From Dendrobates tinctorius (Eukaryota): a stretch of 64,000 nt of DNA. Position 1 is the stretch's first letter. Every line of letters begins with the position of its first letter. This document shows positions 41,429-54,129 of this stretch, piece by piece. A program made the position numbers and the translations under genes. The notes below the pieces were generated by a model. The model searched no databases, was not told the DNA's origin, and saw only the letters and a program-made list of their open reading frames with translations. Location: the NCBI RefSeq assembly GCF_039654945.1, contig NW_027361810.1:8370001-8434000 (forward strand). The letters are read 5' to 3'.

Positions 41429-42258
41429 TTATGGGCTGGTGCAATTGCCATTTCTTCCACATTTACATTTGTCTGTGTGGCAGCCTTGTTTGGTCTGTGG
41501 TGCATGAAACAGGTACACAAGCCAAAATCACACTTGACTGAACTAGCCCTTGGGCAATCAATCCTGGAACAGTGGGACAACAAAATCCATGTGATGAGCG
41601 TCTATGCTAGAGGTCCGAGTTCACTAGGTGCATTGAAGCTACATTCTGAGTCCCCATAACTGTTGTGGATTCTTGCACGGTGAGCTGTTGTTTCTATTGG
41701 TAACATTTTGGGGCACATTCAACTTTCTGCAACTTTTTTTTTCCCCATTTTTTTGGCTACAAATGTAACTGATACTTCATTATTTTATGGTGTTCATTGT
41801 GCTGTGAAAATTATTTGATATTTTAATAGTTCACACCTTAAAGGACACAGAGACATTATACAGTCATATGTTAAAGTTTGGGCACCCCTATTAATGTTAA
41901 CCTTTTTTCTTTATAACAATTTTGGTTTTTGCAACAGCTATTTCAGTTTCATATATCTAATAACTGATGGACTCAGTTATATTTCTGGATTCAAATGAGG
42001 TTTATTGTACTAACAGAAAATGTGCAATCTGCCTTTAAACAAAATTTCACCGGTGCAAAAGTATTGGCGCCATTATCATTTTCTTGATTTGAACACTCCT
42101 AACTACTTTTTACTGACTTCCTGAAGCACTACATTGGTTTTGTAACCTCATTGAGCTTTGAACTTCATAGCCAGGTGTATCAAATCATGAGAAAAGGTAT
42201 TTAAGGTGGCCACTTGCAAGTAGTTCTCCTATTTGATTCTCCTATGAAGAGTGGCATC

Positions 42259-43279
42259 ATGGGCTCCTCAAAACAACTCTCAAATGATCTGAAAACAAAG
42301 ATTATTCAACATAGCTTTTCAGGGGGAAGGATACAAAAAGTTGTCTCAGAGATTTAACCTGTCAGTTTCCACTGTGAGGAACATAGTAAGGAAATGGAAG
42401 AACACAGGTACAGTTCTTGTTAAGCCCAGAAGTGGCAGGCCAAGAAAAATATCAGAAAGGCAGAGAAGAATGGTGAGAACAGTCAAGGACAATCCACAGA
42501 CCACCTCCAAAGACCGGCAGCATCATCTTGCTGCAGATGGTGTCACTGTGCATCGGTCAACAATACAGCGCACTTTGCACAAGGAGAAGCTGTATGGGAG
42601 AGTGATGCAAAAGAAGCCGTTTCTGCAAGCACGCCACAAACAGAGTCGCCTGAGGTATGCAAAAGCACATTTGGACAAGCCAGTTACATTTTGGAAGAAG
42701 GTCCTGTGGACTGATGAAACAAAGATTGAGTTGTTTGGTCATACAAAAAGGCGTTATGCATGGAGGCTAAAAAACACAGCATTCCAAGAAAAACACTTGC
42801 TACCCACAGTAAAATTTGGTGGAGGTTCCATCATGCTTTGGGGCTGTGTGGCCAATGCCGACACCGGGAATCTTGTTAAAGTTGAGGGTCGCATGGATTC
42901 AACTCAGTATCAGCAGATTCTTGACAATAATGTGCAAGAATCAGTGACGAAGTTGAAGTTACGCAGGGGATGGATATTTCAGCAAGACAATGATCCAAAA
43001 CACCGCTCCAAATCTACTCAGGCATTCATGCAGAGGAACAATTACAATGTTCTGGAATGGCCATCCCAGTCCCCAGACCTGAATATCATTGAACATCTGT
43101 GGGATGATTTGAAGCGGGCTGTCCATGCTCGGCGACCATCAAACTTAACTGAACTGGAATTGTTTTCTAAACAGGAATGGTCACAAATACCTTCATCCAG
43201 GATCCAGGAACTCATTAATAGCTACAGGAAGCGACTAGAGGCTGTTATTTTTGCAAAAGGAGGATCTATGAAATATTAA
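42259..43279 (+). pseudogene. Tc1 transposase with a +1 frameshift
   Basis: ATG at 42259. G5 at 42322-26 versus G4 in the 2157-3179 copy; the rest is open, with one Arg codon deleted. Confidence 0.85.
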
Positions 43280-43480
43280 TGTCACTTTTATGTTGAGGTG
43301 CCCATACTTTTGCACCGGTCAAATTTTGTTTAAATGCAGATTGCACATTTTCTGTTAGTACAATAAACCTCATTTGAATACAGAAATATAACTGAGTCCA
43401 TCAGTTATTAGATATATGAAACTGAAACAGCTGTTGCAAAAACCAAAATTGTTATAAAGAAGAAAGGTTAACATTAATAG

Positions 43481-45932
43481 TTGTCATAGTTGTCATGGGA
43501 GATTTCAACTATCCAGACATTTGTTGGGAATCTCTCTCAGGCAAAACTAACAGGTCAAGGAAATTCTTATCCTCTCTTGCTGACAACTTTATCTTCCAAA
43601 AGGTAGGGGAGAAAACAAGGGGAACTGCTACCTTGGATCTAATCCTTATAAACAGGGAGGAAATGGTTGAGGAGGTAAAAGTGGCTGGAACCCTAGGAGG
43701 TAGCGACCATGCTATTTTAGAATTTTGGATAACTAGAGGCGGAAGACCTGTGAAGACTCAGACGTCAAGGTTAGATTTCAGAAAGGCAGATTTTAAGGGA
43801 TTCAGAAAGATAATTGGAGGGATCCAATGGCTGGATATCCTTAAAGACAAAAATGTCCAGGAAGGATGGGAAATCTTGAAAAATGAAATTCTCAAAGCAC
43901 AGTTGTTAACAATTCCGAAAAGAGGGAAGAATAGGAAGCATTTAAGGAAACCAGGATGGGTGAACACAGAACTTAAGCACATGCTAAAAAGGAAGAAAAA
44001 AATGTTTATAAAATGGAAAGAGGGAGGCATATCTAAAGAAGAATATAATGCTGTCTGCAGAACCTGCAGGGCACAAATCAGATTAGCTAAAGCTGAAAAT
44101 GAATTGAGGCTTGCAAGAGATGTCAAAAGCAATAATAAAGGATTTTGGGGATATGTCAAAAGTAAAAGAAAAGTCAAAGATGCTATAGGATTTTTACAGG
44201 ATGAAAATGATGAAATGGTAAGACAGGATGTTGAGAAGGCTGAACTTTTAAATTCCTATTTTGCATCTGTTTTCTCTCAGAAAGGAAATGTAACACCAAC
44301 TGTTATTCACTGTCCTATTAAGGGAATAGAAGAATCCAGGATATCTATAAACAGAAAGATAGTGAGGAAACACTTAGCTAACCTAAATGAATTCAAGTCT
44401 CCAGGTCCAGATGAATTACACCCCAGAGTACTGAAGGAGATAGCAGAAGAAATTTCTGAACCACTCTCCATAATCTTTGAAAATTCTTGGAGAACAGGAG
44501 AAGTGCCAGAAGACTGGAGAAGAGCAAATGTTGTTCCTATCTTCAAAAAGGGGAAGAAGGTGGACCCAGGTAACTATAGGCCGGTGAGTCTGACTTCTAT
44601 ACCAGGAAAGATCTTTGAACAAATTATTAAACAACATGTAAGTCAATACCTGGATAAGAATGAAGTGATCAAACAGAGTCAGCATGGGTTTGTAACTAAT
44701 AAGTCATGTCAGACTAACTTAATTTCCTTCTATGATGGTATCACTGATTGGGTGGATCAAGGAAATGCTGTAGATATAGTATATCTTGACTTCAGCAAAG
44801 CATTTGACAAAGTCTCTCATACAATCCTTATTGAAAAAATGACTAAGTATGGAATGGACAAGGCAACTGTTAGGTGGATTCATAGCTGGCTTAGTGATCG
44901 GACCCAAAGAGTGGTCGTAAATGGCTGCACATCCAGTTGGAAGAATGTCTCAAGTGGGGTACCACAGGGCTCTGTCCTGGGCCCTGTATTGTTCAACATC
45001 TTTATCAACGATTTAGATGAAGGAATTGAGGGTAAACTGATTAAATTTGCTGATGACACAAAGCTAGGAGGGATAGCTAATACTAGAGAAGAGAGAGAGA
45101 GGATTCAAAAAGATTTAAATAAACTGGAGAAGTGGGCAGTAACTAACAGAATGGTTTTTAACAGGGAGAAATGCAAAGTACTACATCTGGGCAATAAAAA
45201 TGAAAAAAGCATATATAGAATGGGAGGAATAGGGCTAAGTGACAGCACATGTGAAAAAGACTTGGGTATACTAATAGATCACAGACTGAATATGAGTCAA
45301 CAGTGTGATGCAGCAGCAAAAAAGGCAAATGCAGTTCTAGGATGTATTAACAGAAGCATACAGTCTAGATCACGTGAAGTCATTATTTCCCTCTACTCCT
45401 CTTTGGTCAGACCTCATCTGGAATATTGTGTCCAGTTTTGGGCACCACATTTTAAAAAAGACATCAACAAACTGGAGCAAGTTCAGAAAAGAGCGACCAG
45501 AATGGTGACCGGTCTGCAAACCCTGTCTTATGAGGAAAGGTTGCAGGATTTGGGAATGTTTAGTTTGCAAAAGAGAAGACTGAGAGGAGACTTAATTGCT
45601 GTCTACAAATATCTAAAGGACTGTCACATTGTAGAAGGCTCAACTTTATTCTCATTTGCACAAGGAAAGACTAGAAGCAATGGGATGAAACTGAATGGGA
45701 GGAGACACAGATTAGATATTAGAAAAAACTTTTTGACAGTTAGAGTGATCAATGAGTGGAACAGGCTGCCACGAGAAGTGGTGAGTTCTCCTTCAATGGA
45801 AGTCTTCAAACAGAGGCTGGACAGACATCTGACTGGGATGATTTAGCGAATCCTGCTTTGAGCAGGGGGTTGGACCAGATGGCCCAGGAGGTCCCTTCCA
45901 ACTCTACGATTCTATGATTCTATGATTCTATG
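43481..45932 (+). mobile_element. CR1 LINE, 5'-truncated, young
   Basis: Uninterrupted ORF2 segment and a 3' tail of (ATTCTATG)3. Confidence 0.95.
43495..45846 (+). CDS. CR1 ORF2 fragment (C-terminal APE endonuclease plus RT), 783 aa, no stops
   Basis: [37 protein letters not shown] and FADD. The endonuclease N-terminus is missing, so this copy is not autonomous. Confidence 0.85.
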   Translation: MGDFNYPDICWESLSGKTNRSRKFLSSLADNFIFQKVGEKTRGTATLDLILINREEMVEEVKVAGTLGGSDHAILEFWITRGGRPVKTQTSRLDFRKADFKGFRKIIGGIQWLDILKDKNVQEGWEILKNEILKAQLLTIPKRGKNRKHLRKPGWVNTELKHMLKRKKKMFIKWKEGGISKEEYNAVCRTCRAQIRLAKAENELRLARDVKSNNKGFWGYVKSKRKVKDAIGFLQDENDEMVRQDVEKAELLNSYFASVFSQKGNVTPTVIHCPIKGIEESRISINRKIVRKHLANLNEFKSPGPDELHPRVLKEIAEEISEPLSIIFENSWRTGEVPEDWRRANVVPIFKKGKKVDPGNYRPVSLTSIPGKIFEQIIKQHVSQYLDKNEVIKQSQHGFVTNKSCQTNLISFYDGITDWVDQGNAVDIVYLDFSKAFDKVSHTILIEKMTKYGMDKATVRWIHSWLSDRTQRVVVNGCTSSWKNVSSGVPQGSVLGPVLFNIFINDLDEGIEGKLIKFADDTKLGGIANTREERERIQKDLNKLEKWAVTNRMVFNREKCKVLHLGNKNEKSIYRMGGIGLSDSTCEKDLGILIDHRLNMSQQCDAAAKKANAVLGCINRSIQSRSREVIISLYSSLVRPHLEYCVQFWAPHFKKDINKLEQVQKRATRMVTGLQTLSYEERLQDLGMFSLQKRRLRGDLIAVYKYLKDCHIVEGSTLFSFAQGKTRSNGMKLNGRRHRLDIRKNFLTVRVINEWNRLPREVVSSPSMEVFKQRLDRHLTGMI

Positions 45933-47035
45933 AGGGGTGCCCAAACTTTAACATATGACTGTATATACTTTTTAAATTGTTTTGCATTTTTTCATAAAAA
46001 AACGAATGGAATAATAATTCTATTTTATGAGCACCAACATATTCCGCAGCCCTTTACAGTTGAGACATTGTATCAGTCTGAAGGCCATGTCTATCTGGCT
46101 CATCATTGGTGCATTTGCAAATATTACCTGTTTTTATAAAATGATTTACGTATCGCCAAGTATTATTTTTTTTGTTCGTCGCAGCAATTTATTGCAGTTC
46201 TGATGGTTTTCTGATAGAGCTCTCAGTCAGGAGTTTTCCTATTTTGGGGAAAAAAAGGGTGCAGGGAATCTCTTTCATTTGGTGGCATTTTCTTTTTCTA
46301 CCACCAGGTGGAGACAAACACTCGGTCTGTATTATCCATTACTCTGTTCTGTATTGTCCTCACTTCCATATCCCCAATCTACAAATACTGTATATGCAGA
46401 CAAAAAATGGTGCCCCCCAACAAGAAGCCCCCTCCATTATAGAGGGTCATTAGAGAGTCAATGTTAGCCCCTTGGTAATTCCGTTTTTTATTTATCACTT
46501 TTCATCCCTGCCTTCTAAAAACCCAGACTTTTTTATTCTTATTTCAGGATTTTCAGGATTTGTTCTTTTGGTGGCACTATTTGTATTTTTTCTAATTGAG
46601 CCATTTAAATGACCACATAGTGTATTGAGAAAACAAGTACAACAAATATTTGTGGCAGAAATGGAAAAAAAAAAAACATCAGCAAATTCCAACAATTTTT
46701 TGGGTTTAGTTTTTACAACATTCACTGTGCGATAAGAATGACATGATAAATTAATTCTAGGGGTCAATGCGATTTTTGGCAATATAGAGTTCACATATAT
46801 ATTTTTTCTATGTTTAAATTCAAATGCACAATAGAACTTAAAAAATAAAATAATGTTTTATGTCGTCTCATTCTAAGGCCAGAAGCTTCTTGTAGTTTCT
46901 TAAAAGGTGACCTGTAGTTTCTATTGCTGATTTTCCTGGGGACATATATGACTTTCTATAACTTTTTTTAACTTTTTTTGTCAGAAGAAGTGACTGGCAG
47001 TTAATTATTTTGTGGTCATTGTGTCACATGAATTA

Positions 47036-48384
47036 AACTGTCAGACTAACCTGATCAGCTTCTATGAGGATGTAAGCTCTCAAATGGACCCAGGAGAATC
47101 ATTGGATGTCATTTATCTCGACTTCTCTAAAGCATGTGACACTGTCCCACATAAAAGATTGGTAAGTGAGATGAGAAAGCTTGGGCTAGGGGAAAATGTG
47201 TGTAGATGGGTAGGTAGCTGGCTTAGTGATAGAAAGCAAAGAGTGGTTATTAATGGGGCATCCTCAGATTGGGCCAGGGTTACTAATGGGGGACCACAGG
47301 GGTCTGTATTGGGCCCCCTACTATTTAATCTATTTATTAATGATCTAGTGGATGGCTTACACAGTAAAATATCAGTATTTGCAGATGATACAAAACTATG
47401 TAAGGTAGTTACCACAAAGGAGGACAGTTTGCAACTACAGACAGATTTGAGTAAATTGGAGAATTGGGCTGAAAAATGGCAAATGAGGTTTAACACAGAT
47501 AAGTGTCAGGTTATGCACATGGGAAGGAGAAACAGATGCTACAATTACTTACTAAATGGGAAACTGCTGGGGAAATCAGACATGGAAAAAGACTTAGGCA
47601 TCTTAGTCAATAAGAAGCTAAATTGGAGTGCCCAGTGTCAGGCAGCTGCCACCAAAGCAAATAGGGTCATGGGATGCATTAGAAGAGGTCTGGGGACACG
47701 AGATGAAAACATAATTCTCCCTCTGTACAAATCACTCATCAGACCACACTTGGAGGATTGTGTGCAATTTTGGACGCCGGTGCTCAAGAAAGACATTACT
47801 GAACTTGAAAGGGTTCAAAGGCGGGCTACTAAAATGATAAATGGAGTTGGTTCACTACAATACCCAGAAAGGTTATCAAAATTAGGTCTATTTACTCCAG
47901 AAAAGAGAAGACTTAGGGAGACTTAATATATATGTAGAAGTATATCAGAGGGCAATACAGAGATCTCTCCAATGAACTGTTTGTACCAAGGACTGTGACA
48001 AGAACAGGGGGCATTCTCTTCGTTTGGAGGAAAGACAATTTCTGCACCAGCATAGAAGAGGGTTCTTCACGGTAAGAGCAGTGAGGCTCTGGAATTCTCT
48101 TCCTGAGGAAGTGGTGATGGCCAACTCACTGAATGAATGTAAGAAAGGAATGGAGGCTTTTCTTGTGAGTAACAGTATAGAAGGTTACGAATAACAGAAT
48201 ATTATAGGTAGATGGTTGACCCAGCTTAGGGGAAGGAATTTTTTTCCCTATGGAGAAAATTGGCTTCTACTCTGTGGGTTTTTTGCCTTCCCCAGGATCA
48301 ACAATGCAGAACAGCTGCACTGAAAATAGGCTGAACTAGATGGACATAAGGTCTTCCTTCAGCCTTCAAAACTATGTTACTATG
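47036..48384 (+). mobile_element. Second CR1 family, 5'-truncated and decayed
   Basis: [24 protein letters not shown] and FADD; frameshift after 47920; tail ACTATGTTACTATG. Confidence 0.9.
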
Positions 48385-49664
48385 TGATATTTTAATAGTT
48401 CATACCTTAAAAAACACAGTGGCATCAAATTATTTTTTAACTGTTTTACCTGTAGACTACATTCCCAAGATGAGTTGTTGGTGAGTTTTTTCTGCATATT
48501 TTTGAGAAAAAAATGCAATTAACCTATTTTACTTAATGGATGCCTAAATGGTGCAAAAAATCTGCAACATCAAAAGCTCAGAGTCAAGATGGAAGTGGTG
48601 TCAGCTGTACAACAGTCTAGGCACTCACCACTCCATACATGCCTTCCTGACATGCTGAAGAGTTAAAGGGTTACTCCCCCCAAAAATAATACGTTATCCA
48701 TTATCCATAGGATAGGAAATAGGTTGATGATCGCTGATGTCCATTCTGTTCTCAGGATTACCAAGGCCCAATTTAGGATAGTTCATGAGTATCAGATCAC
48801 ATGATCACCCGTCGATATTCTGCTTACAACCCCATAAACAGCCATGGGAGCTTGTAACAGCTGATTGGAGGAGGATCACCCTTCATCTACTAATAATGAC
48901 CTATCTTAAGGACAGGCAATCAATAGCTTAGTCCCTTGGAAACCCCCTTAATGGCAGGGCTGCACAGCTTAATCATTCATTTTAATAGGAACTGCATGAA
49001 TCCAAATTCAGGGAGCTCCCCCTAGTGGTGGCCGCGGGCAGATAGAACTTTGTCATGTGCAGTTCACCCGGCAACAATTCTATTTGGACACGTAACAAAA
49101 TCCATGCAATCTAAGTGAGCCTTTATAAAGATAAGTTATATTATAGATCAGCATTCCATTTGGATTTAAATAGACTTCATTCAATGAGAGTAAGGAGAGA
49201 AAAAGAAAATGATGAGAAGCAAACAAAAGTTGATATCCCATGTAATTTACATAATTACATAGGTTAAAAAAAAGATTTAGGTCCATCAAGTTCAACATCT
49301 CATAATCACGCATATTTCAATGGTATGGATCTGTGAGTTTAGAAAATACCTTTAGGCCTCGTTCACACGGTCAGTATTTGGTCAGTATTTGACATCAGTA
49401 TTTGCAGCCAAAACCAGGAGTGATAAATCCAGAAGTGGTGACTGCTTCTATTATACTTTTCCTCTGATTGCTCCACGCCTGGTATATATCTTATTAGAGG
49501 TGTGTGCACTTTATAAAGTGATGACTGTGGTTATTGTTACATACTTTATGATTTCAACAAATATTTACTGAGTAGATCTCTGCAGATTGATAGCGACATG
49601 CAGCTATTTCCTCTATTCTTCCATCACATTCCTCAAGCAAAAAGACTCTCCAACATGACCGAGC

Positions 49665-50845
49665 CTTGGAGCATGGTGGCCGACATGGCTGGAAACACAG
49701 TGGGTGACTATCATTTGGGTGCAGTGTTGCTGGGAGCATGGTGGCCGACTCTAATATGGGTGCACTGTGGGTGGGAGCAAGGTGCCTAACATCGATATGG
49801 ATGGACTGCGGGTGGGAAAATGACAGCCCACTGTAATATGGATGGACTGTGTCTAGAAGCATGGTGGCTAACATCGATATGGATGGACTGTGTCTAGGAG
49901 CATGGTGGCTGACATTGATATGGATGGACTGTGCCTAGGAGCATGGTGGCTGACATTGATATGGATGGACTGTGCCTGGGAGCATGGTGGCTGACATTGA
50001 TATGGATGGACTGTGCCTAGGAGCATGGTGGCTGACATTGATATGGATGGACTGTGCCTAGGAGCATGGTGGCTGACATTGATATGGATGGACTGTGCCT
50101 AGGAGCATGGTGGCTGACATTGATATGGATGGACTGTGCCTAGGAGCATGGTGGCTGACATTGATATGGATGGACTGTGCCTGGGAGCATGGTGGCTGAC
50201 ATTGATATGGATGGACTGTGCCTGGGAGCATGGTGGCTGACATTGATATGGATGGACTGTGCCTGGGAGCATGGTGGCTGACATTGATATGGGTGCACCG
50301 TGGCTGAAAACACAATGGGTGACTATCATTTGGGTGCACTGTTGCAGGGAGCAAGGTGCCTACCATCGATATGGATGGACTGTGGCTGGAAGCATAGTGG
50401 GTAACATCGATATGGATGGACTATGGGTGGGAGCATGACAGCCCACTGTGATATGGATGTACCATGGCTGGGAGCATTGTGGCTGACATTGATATGGATG
50501 GACTGTGGGTGCGAGCGTGGTGGCTGACATTGATAAAGGTGCAATGTGGCTGGAAGCATAGTGACTGACATCAATATGGACTGTGGGTGGAAGCATGACA
50601 GCCCACTCTTTTAAGGATGCACCATGGCTTGGAGCATGGTGGCTGACATCGATATGGATGGACTGTGGGTTTGACGGAGCATGGTGGCCGGCTCTATTAT
50701 GGGTGCACTGTGTCTATGATCTTGACAGACCACTCTGATATGGCGGCATCGTGGCTGGAATCATGGTGGCTGACAAAGATATGGAGGCACTATGGCTAGG
50801 AGCAGGGTGGCTATGATGTGGATGCACTGTGGCTGAGAACATGGC
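49665..50845. repeat. 41-bp minisatellite with a homogeneous core (about 49860-50290) and degenerate flanks
   Basis: Unit GGAGCATGGTGGCTGACATTGATATGGATGGACTGTGCCT(A/G). Confidence 0.92.
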
Positions 50846-51018
50846 TCAGACATTAAGGTGTGGTTAACTGACTCTATCCACCTCGGCTAAATCTGATCCT
50901 GTGTCTGACTCCCACATTACAGCACCATGGATGAATCCGATAACTGTCATGTGCCTGGTTCTGACACAGGGGCCCTGTGACCAGCTCTGATCTGAGGGCC
51001 ACTCAGCTGGTTATGTTA

Positions 51019-51364
51019 GGCTATGTGCACACGCTGCGGTTCCGCTGCGGTTTTGGCCCTGCGGAACCGCAGCAGTTCCGCAGACATGGTTCAGTACCAT
51101 GAAACCCTATGGGTTTTCAAAACCGCAGTGCTCATGCTGCGGTTTTTTCCGCGCGGTTTTGCTGCGGTTTTTTTTCCGCAGCATGTCAATTGTTTCTGCG
51201 GATTCCGCTGCGGTTTCACACCTTTAACATAGTAGAGGTGTGAAACCGCAGGGCAAAACCGCAGGACAAACTGCAGGAAAACCGCAGGTCACTTTACCTG
51301 CGGTTTTACCTGCGGTTCCGCGGGAAAAAACCCGCAGGTGAAACCGCCGCGTGTGCACATAGGC
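51019..51364. mobile_element. Harbinger-type MITE related to 30144-30510
   Basis: TTA-GGCTATGTGCACACGC ... GCGTGTGCACATAG. Confidence 0.8.
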
Positions 51365-52566
51365 ATGGTGACTGACTTGGATATCGGGACACCATGACAT
51401 ATCGTGATATTTATTGTGCTGTCAATTAGTGGGGCTGTGATTTGTCTTCTACGTCTTGTGGGGGATACCAGCTATGCTCAGTCTCCATTACAGAGAATAT
51501 GGAAGAAGACCCCAAAGTTCTGAATCCAGGTGCCACAGATATGTCACAGAGACACAACTAAGAAGCCTCCACCATGACTCGCCCTGATTTGTGGCTCCAT
51601 TGCAGTCTTGATCGATGCTGATCACATCCCTGTATAAACAGAACGAGGGTGGAATCACTCTCGGGTCACACAAGGCAAATGTTAGCACTAAGTTATAGGT
51701 TCAGTCCTTTCCTTCACCAAACAGTTCCCCTCCATGGGAATGTAAACTGTAGGGAGCAGGTGGGTCGGGGTGCGAGGCCTCGGCTGAGCCTTGGGTTTTA
51801 TTTGGGGCGTGTTGTGAGCTCGGTGCTAGCACAAGGTGAGGTTGCCGGATCCTTGTAAACCGGCTTATCTGCATTATTCCTGCCGGAGTAGTTTACATTC
51901 CGGGTGTGAAGAGCGCAGAGAGGTGAAGCCATGTTTACCACCCATTTATCCATCTTACCCTCTCAAATCAAAGCTCTGGAATTACTCTGATGTAGCAGAG
52001 CCCAGATGTCATTTATTTATTGTGTTGTTTGGTTTTGGCTCAAATACCCCTAAAAAACGCATAACCTCCATTAAAAAAAGTGAGCGGTTCTGCAACCTTA
52101 TAATATACTTTGTGCATCCATTCACCATTCACATGACCTCTGCTTGCTGTCAGTGACTGGGATCATTCTTATTAGAGCACCTGAAAATCTGAACAAACTG
52201 ATACATTGTAGCAAATTGTGCTGTGGAGGCTGCTGCTCCTCACAGGATACAAGGTAGCAAAAGCACGCTTCCATTTACTGACCGAAAACAGAGCTCTTGA
52301 AAATGGTCAAGAATTGAAACAAAAAAGAGGAAATTACAAAGTTACAGAACTTTCCATTATAAGATGGGACATCGTCTGCCATGGAGGCCAACATCAGCGG
52401 TCAGGCGACCGTGCAGGACATCCATTGCTTCTTGTGGGTCTATAATAAACTCTTTGCTTATTCCAGGGGCCCCCATTAGGAGCCATGCACCCGGCGGAGC
52501 CCATTACATGGAGTCTGTACAGCAGCCAGAGCGCCTTATTTTCCTCTAGAAGCCATTGCTGCCTTA

Positions 52567-52945
52567 GGCTACTTTCACACATCAGTTTTTTGCCGTCAGG
52601 CAGGATCCGGCTATTTTTAGAAAAAACGGATCCGGCGTAAATTTTGGAGAACTGTAGAAACGGATCTGTTTTTCTGCCGGATCCGTCTAGCAGGTTATAT
52701 CTGTTTCCTGGGGGCTGGCCAATTGGATCTGAGCAAGCGCAGACTTAAAAAAACGGATCCGGTGGCTGGATCCGTCTTTCTGGATCCGGCGCATTCCGGC
52801 GCCCATAGACTTTCATTGTGGCAAAAAGCCGGAAGCGTCGGATCCGGCACTTCCGGCTTTTTCGCTGGAGACAAAAAACGTTACAGTAGCCATTTTTCCC
52901 AGACGCCGGAATGAGACAAATAGCCGTATCCGGCAAAAAACGTGA
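52567..52945. mobile_element. Truncated Harbinger-type MITE (GGATCCGG-rich)
   Basis: TTA-GGCTACTTTCACAC left end; no matching right TIR seen. Confidence 0.55.
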
Positions 52946-54129
52946 TTTTGATATATGATCATGTCCTAAAATGGACACTGTATCCATGACTTCACTTCAT
53001 TTCCTCTGCTCAACATTTATCAACCATCACATGAGAAATTTGGCAACATTAAGCGAGGCTGTATCATTCCTAACCTTGCTAAAATTAAATTTTGTGCAAA
53101 TTCTGACTTTTAATGTATGTTCAAAATTAACCCCTTAGCGGCCTGTGAGGGATTTGAGCGAACGCATGCGGCATCGTACGCCAGCAGCCAGGCTTTTAAT
53201 CTCATTAGTTAGATTCTGCTGTGAATCGCTGGCATTTAAAAAGCTTCAAACAGAGCGGCTGTCTGCCCTGGTGTCCGTCAACCTCGCATCCCCACAGTGG
53301 GGCAATCATTGGGTGTCGATGGGTTACCGTGGCCTAAGGCCACCATTGCTGCCATCTTGGTATTCCTGTTACGCCTGGGGTTACACTTCTTAGGAGATTG
53401 AGCAAAAAGAAAAAAATGAGTTCACGACCCTTGCAAATCAATGCGGAGCTGCGACAATATATCCTACTGGTGAGACGCAGACAAAATATTAAAGTCTGGA
53501 GGGAAGGGTCAGCACCACCACCGGATAAAATGAAATACCTTTATTTAGCAATCCATAAAACCAGGTAAATCCATGGAGAAAACATTGAAACAAAATCTTG
53601 ACGCGTTTCTGGCGTATCACACGATAATAATAATTTTTATTTCTATAGTGCCAACTTATTTTTGCAGCACGTTACATTTCATATCACGGGCCCTTAGTCC
53701 TAAGCGAACAAAAAAAGAATCATGGGAAAAAATGTCATATGTACCCAACAATGGTATCAATAAAAGTGTCATCACCACCAAAAAGTAGCCCCCACGGACA
53801 CACAGCTCCATACAGCGATGAATAAAAAACATTGCAAGAAAATGGTGACACATAAGTTTACACAAAAGAAAAAGGTTCCAAAACAAAAAATAACTATAAG
53901 TTTAGAGCCCCTGTAATCGCGCTCAGCTAGAGAATCACTGTCTCTGGTCAGTTTTTTCCGCACAATAAACATTGTAAAAACAAAACCCAAAAATGGTGGA
54001 ATCACATTTGTTTCACCATTTCACTTGGTACGTTATACGGTAAAATGAAAGGTGTCATTGGCAACTATGACTCATCCCGCAGAAAATCAGCCTCATACGG
54101 GAATGGGGGCGGAAAGCTAAAAGTTATGG

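Larger units (their letters stand above)
41861..45961 (+). mobile_element. Tc1 family A copy 2 with a CR1 inserted in its right TIR
   Basis: TA-CAGTCATATGTTAAAG at the left. The right TIR breaks at 43480 and resumes at 45933 AGGGGTGCCCAAACTTTAACATATGACTG-TA. Confidence 0.93.
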
